Source: Candidatus Thorarchaeota archaeon (GTDB taxonomy: Archaea > Asgardarchaeota > Thorarchaeia > Thorarchaeales > Thorarchaeaceae). From it: a stretch of 64,000 bases of DNA. The stretch spans positions 69,693 through 133,692 of the forward strand of contig JBHLRZ010000001.1 in assembly GCA_048882045.1 (NCBI GenBank), given 5' to 3'. Under the pieces are notes generated by a model. The model saw only the letters and a program-made list of their open reading frames with translations. It did not search any database and was not told where the DNA came from. This document shows positions 28,399 through 38,680 of this stretch, in pieces. The position numbers were made by a program, and so were the translations under genes. The number at the start of each line of letters is the position of its first letter. The first letter of the stretch is position 1.

Positions 28399-29442
28399 TC
28401 AAGCAAACTCGCTTGGAAGATGAATAGCGAACTCACAGGTATCATCCCCTTTAGTTAGCGATTTAACAATCTCTATATCAAGACGTCTTTCAAGAATTCC
28501 TTCCCAAAGCTGTTTTGGCCATCCAGCAGAACAGTTGCAGAAGATCTCAGGAGTTTTGTCGATGCAGTTTCTGATTAATGGGCAGAAACAATACGCTCTA
28601 CGTCTTTCCTCGTCTTTTTCAGCCTTTTCATATGCATCCGGATTGGCAGGACCCTTTTCCGAGTAAATGATGTGGCCTTCTCTTCTTAGAAGCTTGGGAT
28701 AGTATCCACCCTTCTTCTTCATAGCGCTGATTACAGCATCCACGTTCCCTGTCAATTTGAATAGGTCCCGCATAGGTGGAATCAGATCTTCAGGAAAGAC
28801 ATGCGCACAGTAAGATAGTATTTCGAATTGCTGCTGTTGGTCGGAATGACTTTCTAGGAGTTTCAATGATTTACATAAAGCATCTTGACGGTCAGATGCT
28901 GATGAGTCAACATCGAGTTCTTTCATCGGCTCAAATACTTTATCTTTGATTTCAGGACCTAAAACAGATTCCAGCTGAGATGTGAACCTCAATGTCCAAT
29001 CATGAAGTATTGATTGAATTTCAATGATTGTTTCTTCTGGGGTGGACATGTCCAGATTGTGGAAGACTTCTCTTGTTGACTCAGCTATAGGATGTCCTCT
29101 CTCGTAGGTGTATAGAGCAACCCTTCTATACGCATCATCAATCTCACTGTATGGTCCCTTATGAGTGGTTGTCATGGCTTCTCTTGGAGGAAGTTTAGCA
29201 ATTACAATCCCGTCTCTTTCGATTGGTTCATCTATCGGGATACACACATCCATATCACGACCGTCTTCATCACTGACACCCCAATGATTGACTACGATTG
29301 GGCTACCAATCTCATGAGTTCCCACGATTTTTCTGATTCTGTCAAACTCATCTGGAAGATCCTTGACAGTTCCATGAATTCTGTTTATTGCTACCAAAAT
29401 CTCGTTTAGTACTTTGTATTTGACGCCTGACTCGTAATCCAT
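28399..29442 (-). CDS. GyrI-like effector-binding domain protein with C-terminal Cys-rich domain, hypothetical
   Basis: N-terminal GyrI/AraC-effector-like fold features. C-terminal CFCPLIRNC...FCNCSAGW motif. Confidence 0.4.
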   Translation of the reverse strand: MDYESGVKYKVLNEILVAINRIHGTVKDLPDEFDRIRKIVGTHEIGSPIVVNHWGVSDEDGRDMDVCIPIDEPIERDGIVIAKLPPREAMTTTHKGPYSEIDDAYRRVALYTYERGHPIAESTREVFHNLDMSTPEETIIEIQSILHDWTLRFTSQLESVLGPEIKDKVFEPMKELDVDSSASDRQDALCKSLKLLESHSDQQQQFEILSYCAHVFPEDLIPPMRDLFKLTGNVDAVISAMKKKGGYYPKLLRREGHIIYSEKGPANPDAYEKAEKDEERRRAYCFCPLIRNCIDKTPEIFCNCSAGWPKQLWEGILERRLDIEIVKSLTKGDDTCEFAIHLPSEFA

Positions 29443-29447
29443 AATCC

Positions 29448-31001
29448 ATGATGATGCAGGAACTCTATATCAATCGCCAGTTCGTAGCAAGAAATCAGAT
29501 ATTACTTGACTGGCCAACTTTAAGAGAGAGTAGCAGGTTTTATCGTTGGGTCATTTCCATGAAGATAGAAGTGTGGAATTGGATATCAAAAAATGAGAAG
29601 AGAATCATTGAAGCAAGTGATAAAATATGGCACCTTGCTGAGCTAGGGCTTGTTGAGGAGAAATCAGCAAAATATCTTGCAAAGTTACTTGAGGACGAGG
29701 GATTCTCAATAGAGATGGGCGTCGCAGAAATGCCAACTGCTTTTGTTGGGACCTATGGAAAGGGAGCGCCTATTATCGGTTTCATGGGGGAGTATGATGC
29801 TTTACCCGGTCTTTCGCAAAAACCAGTTCCGTATCAGGAACCCATTGAAGAGGGGGCACCAGGACATGGTTGTGGTCACAATATTCATGGTGTGACTGGT
29901 GTGATGAGTGCGATAGCAACTAAAGTGCTATTGGAGAAACATGGACTCCAAGGAACTGTCAAGTTCTTCGGTACTCCTGCAGAAGAAACCTACAGTGGAA
30001 AAGTGTTCATGGTCAGAGCTGGGTGTTTTGATGGAGTGGATGCTGTCCTCAGTCATCATCCAGGTAGTTTCAATGTGGCAGGTTTGGGAAGTACTCTGGC
30101 AATGAATTCAGCTAAGTTTCATTTCTATGGAAAGACTTCACATGCAGCTGCAACTCCATATGTCGGAAGGAGCGCACTCGATGCAGTGGAGCTGATGAAT
30201 GTCGGTGTGAATTTTATGCGTGAGCACGTTGTCCAAGAGGCACGGGTGCACTATGTTATCGAAGAGGGAGGAATGCAGCCTAACGTTGTACCAGACTACG
30301 CTCGTACTTGGTACTATATCAGAGCTCCCGAAAGAGAACAGGTCGACCCGATCTATGAGTGGGTGCTAAAAATCGCTGAGGGTGCAGCTCTAATGACGCA
30401 GACAAAACTGAAGGTGGAGTTCATCGAGGGCCTCAGTAATGAGCTACCGAGTAGGGGACTGAGTAGTCTCGTCATATCGAATATGAGAGAGATTGGGGCT
30501 CCAGAATATACCGCAGAAGAGATGAAGTTTGCATCGGAAATGGCAAAGACGGTAACAAAGGAGGCAAAGATTGAACAACTGAGAGCTTCCAAACGTCCCG
30601 GATGGGAAAAATTGGTCGAAGATAATGTCCACATTGACCGCGAGATACACGACCCATGGGATGAGGATATTGTATGGCCAGGTTCAACAGACACTGGAGA
30701 TGTCACGTGGATTGCGCCAACGATGGAGTTCAGTACAGCCGCAACCACTCTAGAAGCAGCAGGTCATGATTGGCAGTTCACTGCATGTTGTGGTATGAGC
30801 ATCGGACACAAGGCTCTGATCTTTGCCACAAAAGTCATGGCGGGTTCAGCAGTTGAACTGATGACAAAACCGGACTTGTTGAAGAAGATAAAGGATGAGC
30901 ATGCTGAACGAATGACTGGTAAGAAATACATCTGTCCAATTCCACCCGAGGTCAAACCACCCTTGGAAATCGCAAGGAAAGCAGCAGGTCTTGAAGATTA
31001 A
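29448..31001 (+). CDS. M20D amidohydrolase (AbgB/hippurate hydrolase-like)
   Basis: GHGCGHNIHG metal site, ~517 aa, M20 dimerisation insert. Confidence 0.75.
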   Translation: MMMQELYINRQFVARNQILLDWPTLRESSRFYRWVISMKIEVWNWISKNEKRIIEASDKIWHLAELGLVEEKSAKYLAKLLEDEGFSIEMGVAEMPTAFVGTYGKGAPIIGFMGEYDALPGLSQKPVPYQEPIEEGAPGHGCGHNIHGVTGVMSAIATKVLLEKHGLQGTVKFFGTPAEETYSGKVFMVRAGCFDGVDAVLSHHPGSFNVAGLGSTLAMNSAKFHFYGKTSHAAATPYVGRSALDAVELMNVGVNFMREHVVQEARVHYVIEEGGMQPNVVPDYARTWYYIRAPEREQVDPIYEWVLKIAEGAALMTQTKLKVEFIEGLSNELPSRGLSSLVISNMREIGAPEYTAEEMKFASEMAKTVTKEAKIEQLRASKRPGWEKLVEDNVHIDREIHDPWDEDIVWPGSTDTGDVTWIAPTMEFSTAATTLEAAGHDWQFTACCGMSIGHKALIFATKVMAGSAVELMTKPDLLKKIKDEHAERMTGKKYICPIPPEVKPPLEIARKAAGLED

Positions 31002-31113
31002 GCGTCATTTAAGTCGAAATCATAGTGTTCACAATAGTGGAGTTGACCTGCAACAAATCTATATCCTTCAAATTGTAATGTTTTAGCAACCGCTTCGTGA
31101 GGTCGATAGTACT

Positions 31114-32241
31114 TTGAGAGAATGTCCTAAATGCCATCGACAGAATCAGCCTACACGAAAGTATTGCACTCGTTGCGGCGCGATTCTGATAGCAACAGAT
31201 GACGCGCAACCCCAAAAACCCGAACCAGTTGTTAAAGAAGCTCCAAAAGTGAGAGAAGCTCCATACAGTGAACCAACTCCTGCAATGGATGAACCTCTGG
31301 TCAGACCAAGCAGAGTTGAAACCGGTCGTATGAGACCTGCTGAACGACATGTTGAGAAGACAGAGCTTGAGAAAGCAAAGGAGGCGTTTGCCAAGGCTGA
31401 AGACGTTGGTATTGAAGAAGCGACAGGAGAGGGAATAGTTGAAACTAGAATGCTCAGAGCTAGTGAAGTTCGTGAGCTGATGGACAATGCAGCAAGTTGG
31501 GCTGAGACTCAACCTCTTCAACCCAGTGGAGGAATGGATGGAACAGAAACACCAGCTCCTCCACCGATGCCAACATCAACGGATATCGAGAGAGGCATTC
31601 TAGGAGAGAAATCTGAATTTGTCGAGAAGCCTAAACCTGTCCCAGAACCGACGCTACCTCAGGCAGAAGTACCTGCTTCGCTTGCACCTGTAGGTCCACC
31701 TGGAGCACCAGCTGCAGCTCCCAAACCTGCCCCCTCAATCCCGCCTTCACCTGCACCTGCAGTTAAACCAGTAGCAACTAAAACAGTTGACTCTCCTCCA
31801 GATGTCAAAGCTGAGATATGGGAGTACGAATCAAAGATTCCTGAGAGAGAGTTTCTTGATGATTTCAACATCAAGGGAATTCTTTCAGACCTGAAACATT
31901 CTCTTATGGAACTGAAACAGGCTGAAGCGGATCTTAGCTCTTGTTCTTCTCGTCATGATGAAACAGTAACACAGTACAAGAACGCTGCTGAGGTCAAGAG
32001 AATGAATTTTGAATCTCTTGAAGAACAGACCAAGCATGCAAAGGAAGAATGGAACGACGCGGAGAAGGAATTCCGTCTGGCTGATGATAGAAGAAAGAAA
32101 GAGCTCAGTAGCAGGGAAAAACGTGTCGAGAAGATACAGAAGCAGATCAGTAAATCGGAATCCATGATGGATAAACGTATCAAAGAGCTCAATAAGGAGA
32201 AGGAAAGGCGAGCTCAGGAAGAGGCAAAAAGATCATCATAG
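31114..32241 (+). CDS. Zinc-ribbon / Pro-Ala-rich linker / coiled-coil protein, hypothetical
   Basis: N-terminal CPKCHRQN...CTRCG, low-complexity PAPAVKP region, C-terminal Lys/Glu/Arg heptad-rich segment. Confidence 0.5.
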   Translation: MRECPKCHRQNQPTRKYCTRCGAILIATDDAQPQKPEPVVKEAPKVREAPYSEPTPAMDEPLVRPSRVETGRMRPAERHVEKTELEKAKEAFAKAEDVGIEEATGEGIVETRMLRASEVRELMDNAASWAETQPLQPSGGMDGTETPAPPPMPTSTDIERGILGEKSEFVEKPKPVPEPTLPQAEVPASLAPVGPPGAPAAAPKPAPSIPPSPAPAVKPVATKTVDSPPDVKAEIWEYESKIPEREFLDDFNIKGILSDLKHSLMELKQAEADLSSCSSRHDETVTQYKNAAEVKRMNFESLEEQTKHAKEEWNDAEKEFRLADDRRKKELSSREKRVEKIQKQISKSESMMDKRIKELNKEKERRAQEEAKRSS

Positions 32242-32403
32242 CATTCTAAGTTTTCCCAAAGGATTGTTTCCTGAACACCCTGGGGAGCATCTTGAGTTCA
32301 TAGATAATATTGCATCAGGGGCTGATGGAGTATTCCTTGATTTGGATTACAACAAGAGTGCTATGTGTAAATCCACGTTGTCTTGTAACTTCACATTGCG
32401 TAA

Positions 32404-34032
32404 ATGAAGCATGGACATTCTGAATTAGAGCTGTATCACTTATCCAACGTCTTAATAACCGGTTTTGAGATAAGACATGAAGTGATTCAATTGCAAAGAC
32501 ACAAATTCGGAATTCTACTCTTACTTGTCCTTTTAAGTCCGATTCCAACAGTTTTCGTTGGCAATACAACACCTGATGTTTCTACATTTCAAATCAATAC
32601 ACCAGCTAATGGAGTTAATCCGTTCGATAGAGGTCCTATGGTCGGAATGGTGACCAATGAATCAGCGGTTATATTCTGGCGAACAAATGTAACTACTAAT
32701 GCAACACTCAGGTATGGACTAAACGCTTCAGTGTTATCAAGTATGGATAACACGACACTTGACACAGATCATTATTTCCACCTGACTGGACTCGACATTG
32801 ATACTAAGTATTACTACCAAGCAGTGTCAAATGGTACAGAGAGCCCTGTCTATCATTTCCTTACAGCTCCGCCTGATGGAGAGGAATTTAAGATGATCGT
32901 CGTGGGAGATAACAGGCCACGTACAGAAATCACCCAACCACCTGAGTGGGAACAGATTGCTCAAATGATAGCAGATGAACAGCCGCATATTGTCATTGCA
33001 ACCGGTGACTATGTCAGGGACGTAGAAGAAAACGTTGAAGACAATCTTGTTGCCTGGAACTATTTCACTGAGATAAATGACCTGATTGGTCATTATGCTC
33101 CAATATACGCTGCAATTGGGAACCATGACAAAGCAAGAGGCGGTGGTCCGCTGCATTTGGAATACTTCTTTGACGCATTTGTCCAATATGGTGAACCTTC
33201 ACCATACTACTCATTTGATTATGCAGGTGTGCACTTCACTTTCTTGATGACCTATGAGCTTGGATTGGAATTGAAAATAGTTGGAGATCAACTCGCATGG
33301 CTTGAGAATGATCTAGCAACCACGAATAAAACGATGAAGTTTGTAGTTGCACATGCTCCTTTATACCCAGTAGTGCATATTGATGATTCTCTCAATATTT
33401 ATCCAGAGGAGAGAAATGCGCTACAGGCACTATTCGAAGAGTACAATGTTTCACTATATCTATGTGGACATGACCATCTGTACGATAGACTTACAGTTAA
33501 TGGATTAACTCAGGTCATTTCTGGAGGAGGAGGAGCTCCTCTGTATGACCATCCATTCTGGGGTGGAGGGTACCATCACTATACGAGGTCATTTGTGAGT
33601 GCAAGCCACATAAACATCTCATCAATCAAATTAGATGGTTCAGTAGGTAATTATTACGAATTGCCCTATGATGGCCCAATCGAGATCAGACATCGTATTT
33701 ATCCAAGTGGAAGCACACATCCTGTTGGAACTTTGCCAGTTATCTACTTCAGTGAAGTTCCTGTTGAGAAGTACTTCTCATGGGATTCAGGGGAGAACCA
33801 GACCGAGTTGACAGGAATTCCAAACGCTGATGGGAACCATACGTTGGATGTCTATGCTGTAAACGATGAAGGAGTATGGACGCATGAGGCATTCTTCTGG
33901 GTAGCAACAGGTGCAACGACACCAACACCCACAGTTACAGGAGGCGCAATTGATCCGCTCCTCATCATTGGTGGCGTGGCAGTTGCAGGCGTAGTAGTTG
34001 TTGTTGCAGTATTTTGGTTCAGAAAAAAGTAG
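32404..34032 (+). CDS. Secreted calcineurin-like metallophosphatase (purple acid phosphatase-like) with C-terminal TM anchor
   Basis: GDNRP, GDYV, GNHD, GHDH motifs. Signal peptide KFGILLLLVLLSPIPTVFVG (likely GTG start at 32482). Thr/Pro linker and C-terminal TM plus RKK. Confidence 0.75.
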   Translation: MKHGHSELELYHLSNVLITGFEIRHEVIQLQRHKFGILLLLVLLSPIPTVFVGNTTPDVSTFQINTPANGVNPFDRGPMVGMVTNESAVIFWRTNVTTNATLRYGLNASVLSSMDNTTLDTDHYFHLTGLDIDTKYYYQAVSNGTESPVYHFLTAPPDGEEFKMIVVGDNRPRTEITQPPEWEQIAQMIADEQPHIVIATGDYVRDVEENVEDNLVAWNYFTEINDLIGHYAPIYAAIGNHDKARGGGPLHLEYFFDAFVQYGEPSPYYSFDYAGVHFTFLMTYELGLELKIVGDQLAWLENDLATTNKTMKFVVAHAPLYPVVHIDDSLNIYPEERNALQALFEEYNVSLYLCGHDHLYDRLTVNGLTQVISGGGGAPLYDHPFWGGGYHHYTRSFVSASHINISSIKLDGSVGNYYELPYDGPIEIRHRIYPSGSTHPVGTLPVIYFSEVPVEKYFSWDSGENQTELTGIPNADGNHTLDVYAVNDEGVWTHEAFFWVATGATTPTPTVTGGAIDPLLIIGGVAVAGVVVVVAVFWFRKK

Positions 34033-34049
34033 CTATGAATCAGTAAGTT

Positions 34050-34094
34050 TCGATAGTAGGTGTTTCTACCTACTATCGAATTCGTTTATTTTTC
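34050..34094 (+). terminator. Hairpin plus oligo-T terminator candidate
   Basis: Perfect 12-bp stem TCGATAGTAGGT/ACCTACTATCGA with a 6-nt loop, followed by a T-rich run (TTCGTTTATTTTTC), just after the 34032 stop. Confidence 0.5.
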
Positions 34095-34228
34095 AAAATC
34101 TTGCGCCAATAATAAGCGAGTTTGTGGTACAGACCACGTTATAGGTCAAAGATTGTCCTGTTCTTATATTCATTCAGAGAGTGGTCAAACTACGTCATAC
34201 GTACAATATCAAAATGAGATGATGAAAC

Positions 34229-34840
34229 GTGAAGTTAGAAAAACGTGAATTTGGAGGATACCTACTCTTTATCGGAGGATTACAATGGTTCATTGGATTG
34301 CTTGCCGCCGAAGCATGGTATCCCGGATATAGTAGTCGCATAGACTATGTCAGTGAATTAGGCATTGGACCAACAGCGCTGTTGTATAATGCATCAATCT
34401 TTGTCCTGGGAGTGTGTGTAACCACAGCAGCATACTTCTTGCACAGAAGTGGAGTTGGGAAAACCATTCCGTTTCTCATTGGAATGGCAGGGATTGGAGC
34501 AATGGGATTAGGAATCTTTCCAGGGTATCTCCAACCAATGCATAGCATCGCCACATTGATAGCAATATTTTTTGGTTCAATTTCAGCCATTGCATCGTAC
34601 AAAATTCAGATGAAACCAATGGCGTACATCTCGGTGGTTCTAGGACTTGTTTCGTTGGGTTCTGCTATCCTCTTCTTTCCATACTTGGGCTTTCCAACGG
34701 GTTCGACTGTAACATTTCTTGGAATGGCCAAGGGATCACTGGAACGTTGGGCTATCTATCCACTAATCGCATGGCTCTTGGGTACAGGGAGTCATCTGAC
34801 TGGAGTGTCAGGAGATCTGAATAAGTCTTCAGACCACTGA
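34229..34840 (+). CDS. Polytopic membrane protein (DUF998-like), hypothetical
   Basis: Five to six TM helices, no catalytic motif. Confidence 0.4.
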   Translation: MKLEKREFGGYLLFIGGLQWFIGLLAAEAWYPGYSSRIDYVSELGIGPTALLYNASIFVLGVCVTTAAYFLHRSGVGKTIPFLIGMAGIGAMGLGIFPGYLQPMHSIATLIAIFFGSISAIASYKIQMKPMAYISVVLGLVSLGSAILFFPYLGFPTGSTVTFLGMAKGSLERWAIYPLIAWLLGTGSHLTGVSGDLNKSSDH

Positions 34841-35030
34841 GAATAGGTAGTTTAGGATGATTGGTCCTTTCGATATTGAGTTGTTACGTAGTGCGTAACG
34901 GACATAAAGAAGGATTAATCATCTACAAATCTGAGTGGAGTGAAATCCAATGTCAGTTAGTTATAGAAGTCTTCTCTCTAAGACTCAAAAAACTTTCAAT
35001 GAAAAAATCTGGACTAGATTCTAAGGATTT

Positions 35031-35987
35031 GTGATGCCTGTGGTCGAGATACGATTCAATGGACTTAGCCAAGACGATTGTAAGAAACTTGCAATACTCA
35101 ACATGGAAACCAGAAAAGGAACACCTGTCGAATCCAATATGAGATTGGAGGAAGTAACCAAGAGTATCAAAAACCTATCAATAAGTGATGGGTATCGGAC
35201 AGTGACTGCACATAAGGATGGGAGAATTGTAGGGTGGCTCTACTACTATATTCAATTCCCACTGATGACCTTCATCAATGGTTTCTATCCAGTAGTTGAA
35301 TCAGGTTCTGAAGATGTCGCTCGAGCAATGATTGAGGCTTCCAAGAAAGAAACTGTAGAGAGGGGACATAACAGATTGGAGATAGAGCTGGTTTTCCCAT
35401 CAGATGTTCACAGAGAGTACTCAAAGAGTCTTGTTGATCTCTATATTAAATGTGGATTCCAGTTCGCTGCTGAAGAAATACACATGAGATGTAATCTGAA
35501 CGAATCTATTATACCCGAGAGAAACCCACCTGAAGGATATACTCTGAGAATGTTCTTGGACACTCCATATGAAACACTAGAACAAGTGGGATATAGAACC
35601 CTGAAAGACAGCAAGGAGGGTTTGTTTCTCTCCATGACCCACGATGAGCAGATGGTGACTCTGCAATATTTCTTTGATAAGGAAAAGTCCTACATAGACG
35701 ATGCATCATTGATTCTAGAGAGCAATGGTGAAATTATGGGATTCGTGATTACACGAATTGGAGATGATGATGAACCAGAGATTGGACCTATCGGACTTGT
35801 CCCTGAAGCTAGAGGTAAAGGACTTGGGAGTTTTCTGCTTGTACGTGCACTGAAGAGTTTGAAAGACTCAGGTTATACCTCAGTATCTCTTGACACAACT
35901 GTAACAAATCATCCAGCTCAAAGACTCTACAGGAAATATGGGTTCGAAGATGTATACTATAAGCAGTTTTACTTTTGGTCACCGTAA
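35031..35987 (+). CDS. GNAT family N-acetyltransferase (tandem GNAT)
   Basis: Acetyl-CoA motif A (GLVPEARGKGLGSFLLVRAL), 318 aa suggests two GNAT folds. Confidence 0.65.
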   Translation: MMPVVEIRFNGLSQDDCKKLAILNMETRKGTPVESNMRLEEVTKSIKNLSISDGYRTVTAHKDGRIVGWLYYYIQFPLMTFINGFYPVVESGSEDVARAMIEASKKETVERGHNRLEIELVFPSDVHREYSKSLVDLYIKCGFQFAAEEIHMRCNLNESIIPERNPPEGYTLRMFLDTPYETLEQVGYRTLKDSKEGLFLSMTHDEQMVTLQYFFDKEKSYIDDASLILESNGEIMGFVITRIGDDDEPEIGPIGLVPEARGKGLGSFLLVRALKSLKDSGYTSVSLDTTVTNHPAQRLYRKYGFEDVYYKQFYFWSP

Positions 35988-36045
35988 TCGTAAATTCGAA
36001 CACGAAAAGTGCATACCATCATATAGCCGAAGCTCTATATCCTTG

Positions 36046-36588
36046 ATGAGGCATGAACAAATGTCCGAAGCCAAGAAGACAATCACTTTAGAAAGAAATG
36101 AACACCTCTCACCTCGAATAGGACAGCTCTATTCTATGATGGAGAGAACGCGTGAGAATCTACTAAGGCGTATAGAATCACTCTCAAAGGAAACGATTGA
36201 CTTCACTCCAAAACCAAGGCTGATTGAATCTATTGGTACTCTGCTTATCCACATCGCGGCAATAGAATTTAGTTGGATCTTTGAGGATATTGTTGGGAAA
36301 GAGATGGAGTATGAGAAGTGGAAATATGGATTCTCTCTTAGAGAGAATATTGACCAAATAGAGGGAGAAGATGTCGAGTTCTATCTTTCTCGACTCAATG
36401 AAGTTCGACGAGAGGTGTTCGACTTCCTGAAGACTCTTTCTGACAAAGATCTCGATTCACTAGTTGATGTGGAATCTGAAAAAGTGAGTGTGGAGTGGAT
36501 CCTCTTTCATCTTATTGAGCATGAAGCCATGCATATTGGGCAGGTTTCAGTTCTAATGAGATTGTGGAAAGCTCAAGATACAGCTTGA
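36046..36588 (+). CDS. DinB/YfiT-like (DinB_2) metal-dependent four-helix bundle protein
   Basis: HxxxE...H (LIHIAAIEF ... HLIEHEAMHIGQ). Start chosen at an internal Met to avoid overlap with the GNAT gene. Confidence 0.5.
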   Translation: MRHEQMSEAKKTITLERNEHLSPRIGQLYSMMERTRENLLRRIESLSKETIDFTPKPRLIESIGTLLIHIAAIEFSWIFEDIVGKEMEYEKWKYGFSLRENIDQIEGEDVEFYLSRLNEVRREVFDFLKTLSDKDLDSLVDVESEKVSVEWILFHLIEHEAMHIGQVSVLMRLWKAQDTA

Positions 36589-36778
36589 GATTCAAGAAAA
36601 ACATTCGAAAGAGCCTTTGGAAATATAAGCGATCTAGAACAACACTTCTTTCATTATGGAAAATGATGTACAAACATTTGTCGGAATACAATCATGATGC
36701 ACGTTTTGGATGAACATTTTCGGAAACCTCATATCAATCTGAATACATACGTTTAGGAGATAATCGCGAGGTGATTAT

Positions 36779-37066
36779 ATGAAATATATCGTATTCTGGG
36801 AGTATGAACCAAAGGAGATTGACCAAGCTGTCAAGAAACTTGTAGCGTTTAGAGATATGATTAAGAAAGACCCTGACAAATATGCAAAACCCGTTACACC
36901 CAATTACACTATGAGTGTCGGATTCAAGGGATTTCAACTGTTTGAAGCCACAGACCCTGAACAGCTTGCACGAATGGTGCTTCATTACAGACCAGAAGTG
37001 AAGTTTGAGATTGTGCACATCACTGAAACAAAGAAGACAATGAAAATCTACGATGAGTCAAAATAG
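36779..37066 (+). CDS. Small conserved protein (DUF3303-like), hypothetical
   Basis: 95 aa, GAGGTGA RBS-like element 7 nt upstream, no recognised motif. Confidence 0.4.
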   Translation: MKYIVFWEYEPKEIDQAVKKLVAFRDMIKKDPDKYAKPVTPNYTMSVGFKGFQLFEATDPEQLARMVLHYRPEVKFEIVHITETKKTMKIYDESK

Positions 37067-37294
37067 TGATTTCTTCTAGATTAGAGTTAATCCAACCGAC
37101 TGGGCATTAGAGCCCTTCCTCAGAAACCAGTAGTAACTCAAACAATTAGTTTCTTTTTAACGAGAGCAAGAAAGAATCCTCAAAATCCATCTTCGAATAT
37201 GATTCCGAACCTCTTCAGACTTTGAAATTTAACGGAAATAAAAACAAGAGAGCGAAGGGGGCACTAAGCCCACCTTCGTTGAACTATGTATATA

Positions 37295-38434
37295 CTAGAT
37301 ACAGCGGTGTATCACTTCGGGTCCTACTTCCTCGAACTCCTTCTTGGACACCCACATCTTCTGGAATGTCTTGAGTGAGCCGAGAATGCTTCCACCAATC
37401 CAGACAGAGTACTGCCTCTCGGGTGGAGCGATGATTCGGACCTCGATGTTCTCTGGGACTAGCTCGGTGATCTCCTTGTGGAGTCTCTCCTTGAGTCCTG
37501 GGAACATGGTTGAACCGCCTGAGAGCACAATGTTGGCGTATAGGTCACGTCTCAGGTCAACGTCACAAGCCTTGATTGACTCGACAATGTGGTCATCGAG
37601 TGGCATGGTGTCTAGACCAATGCCGCTTGGGTTGAAGAACAGCTCGGGTGCCTGGAACCTCTCTGCACCAATTGTGATTACCTCACCATCTGGTAACATG
37701 TAGGGCTTGTCAACACCTGCCTTGTCGGCAACTGTCCTTTCCCTCTCGGGATCAAGAGCAACGTAACATAGCTTCTCTTTGATATCTCTGACAATCTCTT
37801 TTTCTGCACCGCTTACAAATGAGTAGCCAGCCTGCCTGAGCAGTCTGCGCAGATACTCGGTGATGTCCCTACCAGCAAGGTCAATTCTTCGAATGGCGTG
37901 GTTGATTGAAAAGCCCTCATAGATTGGTACTATGTGGGTAACACCGTCGCCTGAGTCAATGACCAGACCAGTGGTCCTTCCGGATGCGTACAATGAGAGT
38001 ACGGCCTGCGTGGCAACGTACACTGCTGGTACACCAAAGTTGTCGAACATGACAGATGCCATGCGCTCTCTGTTTTCTCTAGGGTTGAATGGGGCTTCCG
38101 TAAGAAGAACTGGATTCTCGCTAGGATCTACCTTCAAGTCGTTGTAGAATGTGTAGCTCCAAATCTTCTCGATAGCGTCCCAGTCTTCCACCTTACCATG
38201 AGCGATTGGGTAGACCAGACGGAGTACACCACGAAGGTTGATTGCCTCTTCACCAATGTAGTAGTCACGTGTATAGTGATCCACGTCGGTCATGATTGAC
38301 TCGTAACGTGGGTAACCAATCAGTGTGGGCCAAACGCTGCGTGGCTGATCTTCGCCGGCGTAACCGTTCTTGCTCAAACCTGTACCATTGTCGATGACAA
38401 TGGGTTTTGCGCCAAGAAACTCGTCTTCAGCCAT
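37295..38434 (-). CDS. Actin (Asgard/eukaryote-like actin)
   Basis: [72 protein letters not shown]. Near-identity to eukaryotic actin signature blocks across 379 aa. Confidence 0.9.
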   Translation of the reverse strand: MAEDEFLGAKPIVIDNGTGLSKNGYAGEDQPRSVWPTLIGYPRYESIMTDVDHYTRDYYIGEEAINLRGVLRLVYPIAHGKVEDWDAIEKIWSYTFYNDLKVDPSENPVLLTEAPFNPRENRERMASVMFDNFGVPAVYVATQAVLSLYASGRTTGLVIDSGDGVTHIVPIYEGFSINHAIRRIDLAGRDITEYLRRLLRQAGYSFVSGAEKEIVRDIKEKLCYVALDPERERTVADKAGVDKPYMLPDGEVITIGAERFQAPELFFNPSGIGLDTMPLDDHIVESIKACDVDLRRDLYANIVLSGGSTMFPGLKERLHKEITELVPENIEVRIIAPPERQYSVWIGGSILGSLKTFQKMWVSKKEFEEVGPEVIHRCI

Positions 38435-38680
38435 TTTCTATCGGTCCTCGTTTGTGATTAGTTCAAAGTCCTTGAGACCTTGTTCTAACATTTTGTTGAT
38501 GCTTATTCTATTTAAGGATACGTCCGTCAAACTCGGATTTTTTCGAAAAGTATTTGAATTATATATATAATGCCGTGTTTTTGGTCCATTTTTTGAGGTT
38601 CTCACGGCAATACCTTCGATAAGTATAAAAGGTTAATACTCGTAATTACTAGCTAATACATCCGCGGGTCGTGTCAAAGG
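38435..38680. promoter_or_regulatory. AT-rich divergent intergenic region with TATA-like boxes
   Basis: TATTTGAATTATATATATAATG and GATAAGTATAAAAGG lie between the divergent actin gene and the 38681 gene. Confidence 0.35.

Noticed and set aside
31146-31874. Antisense Ser/Ala/Gly-rich ORFs opposite the zinc-ribbon/coiled-coil gene
   Set aside because: Mirror-image low-complexity translation of the Pro/Ala-rich coding region.
38558-38572. TATATATATAA run as a simple repeat / microsatellite
   Set aside because: Only ~6 TA units within an AT-rich divergent promoter. It is better explained as a TATA-box/BRE region than as a repeat element.
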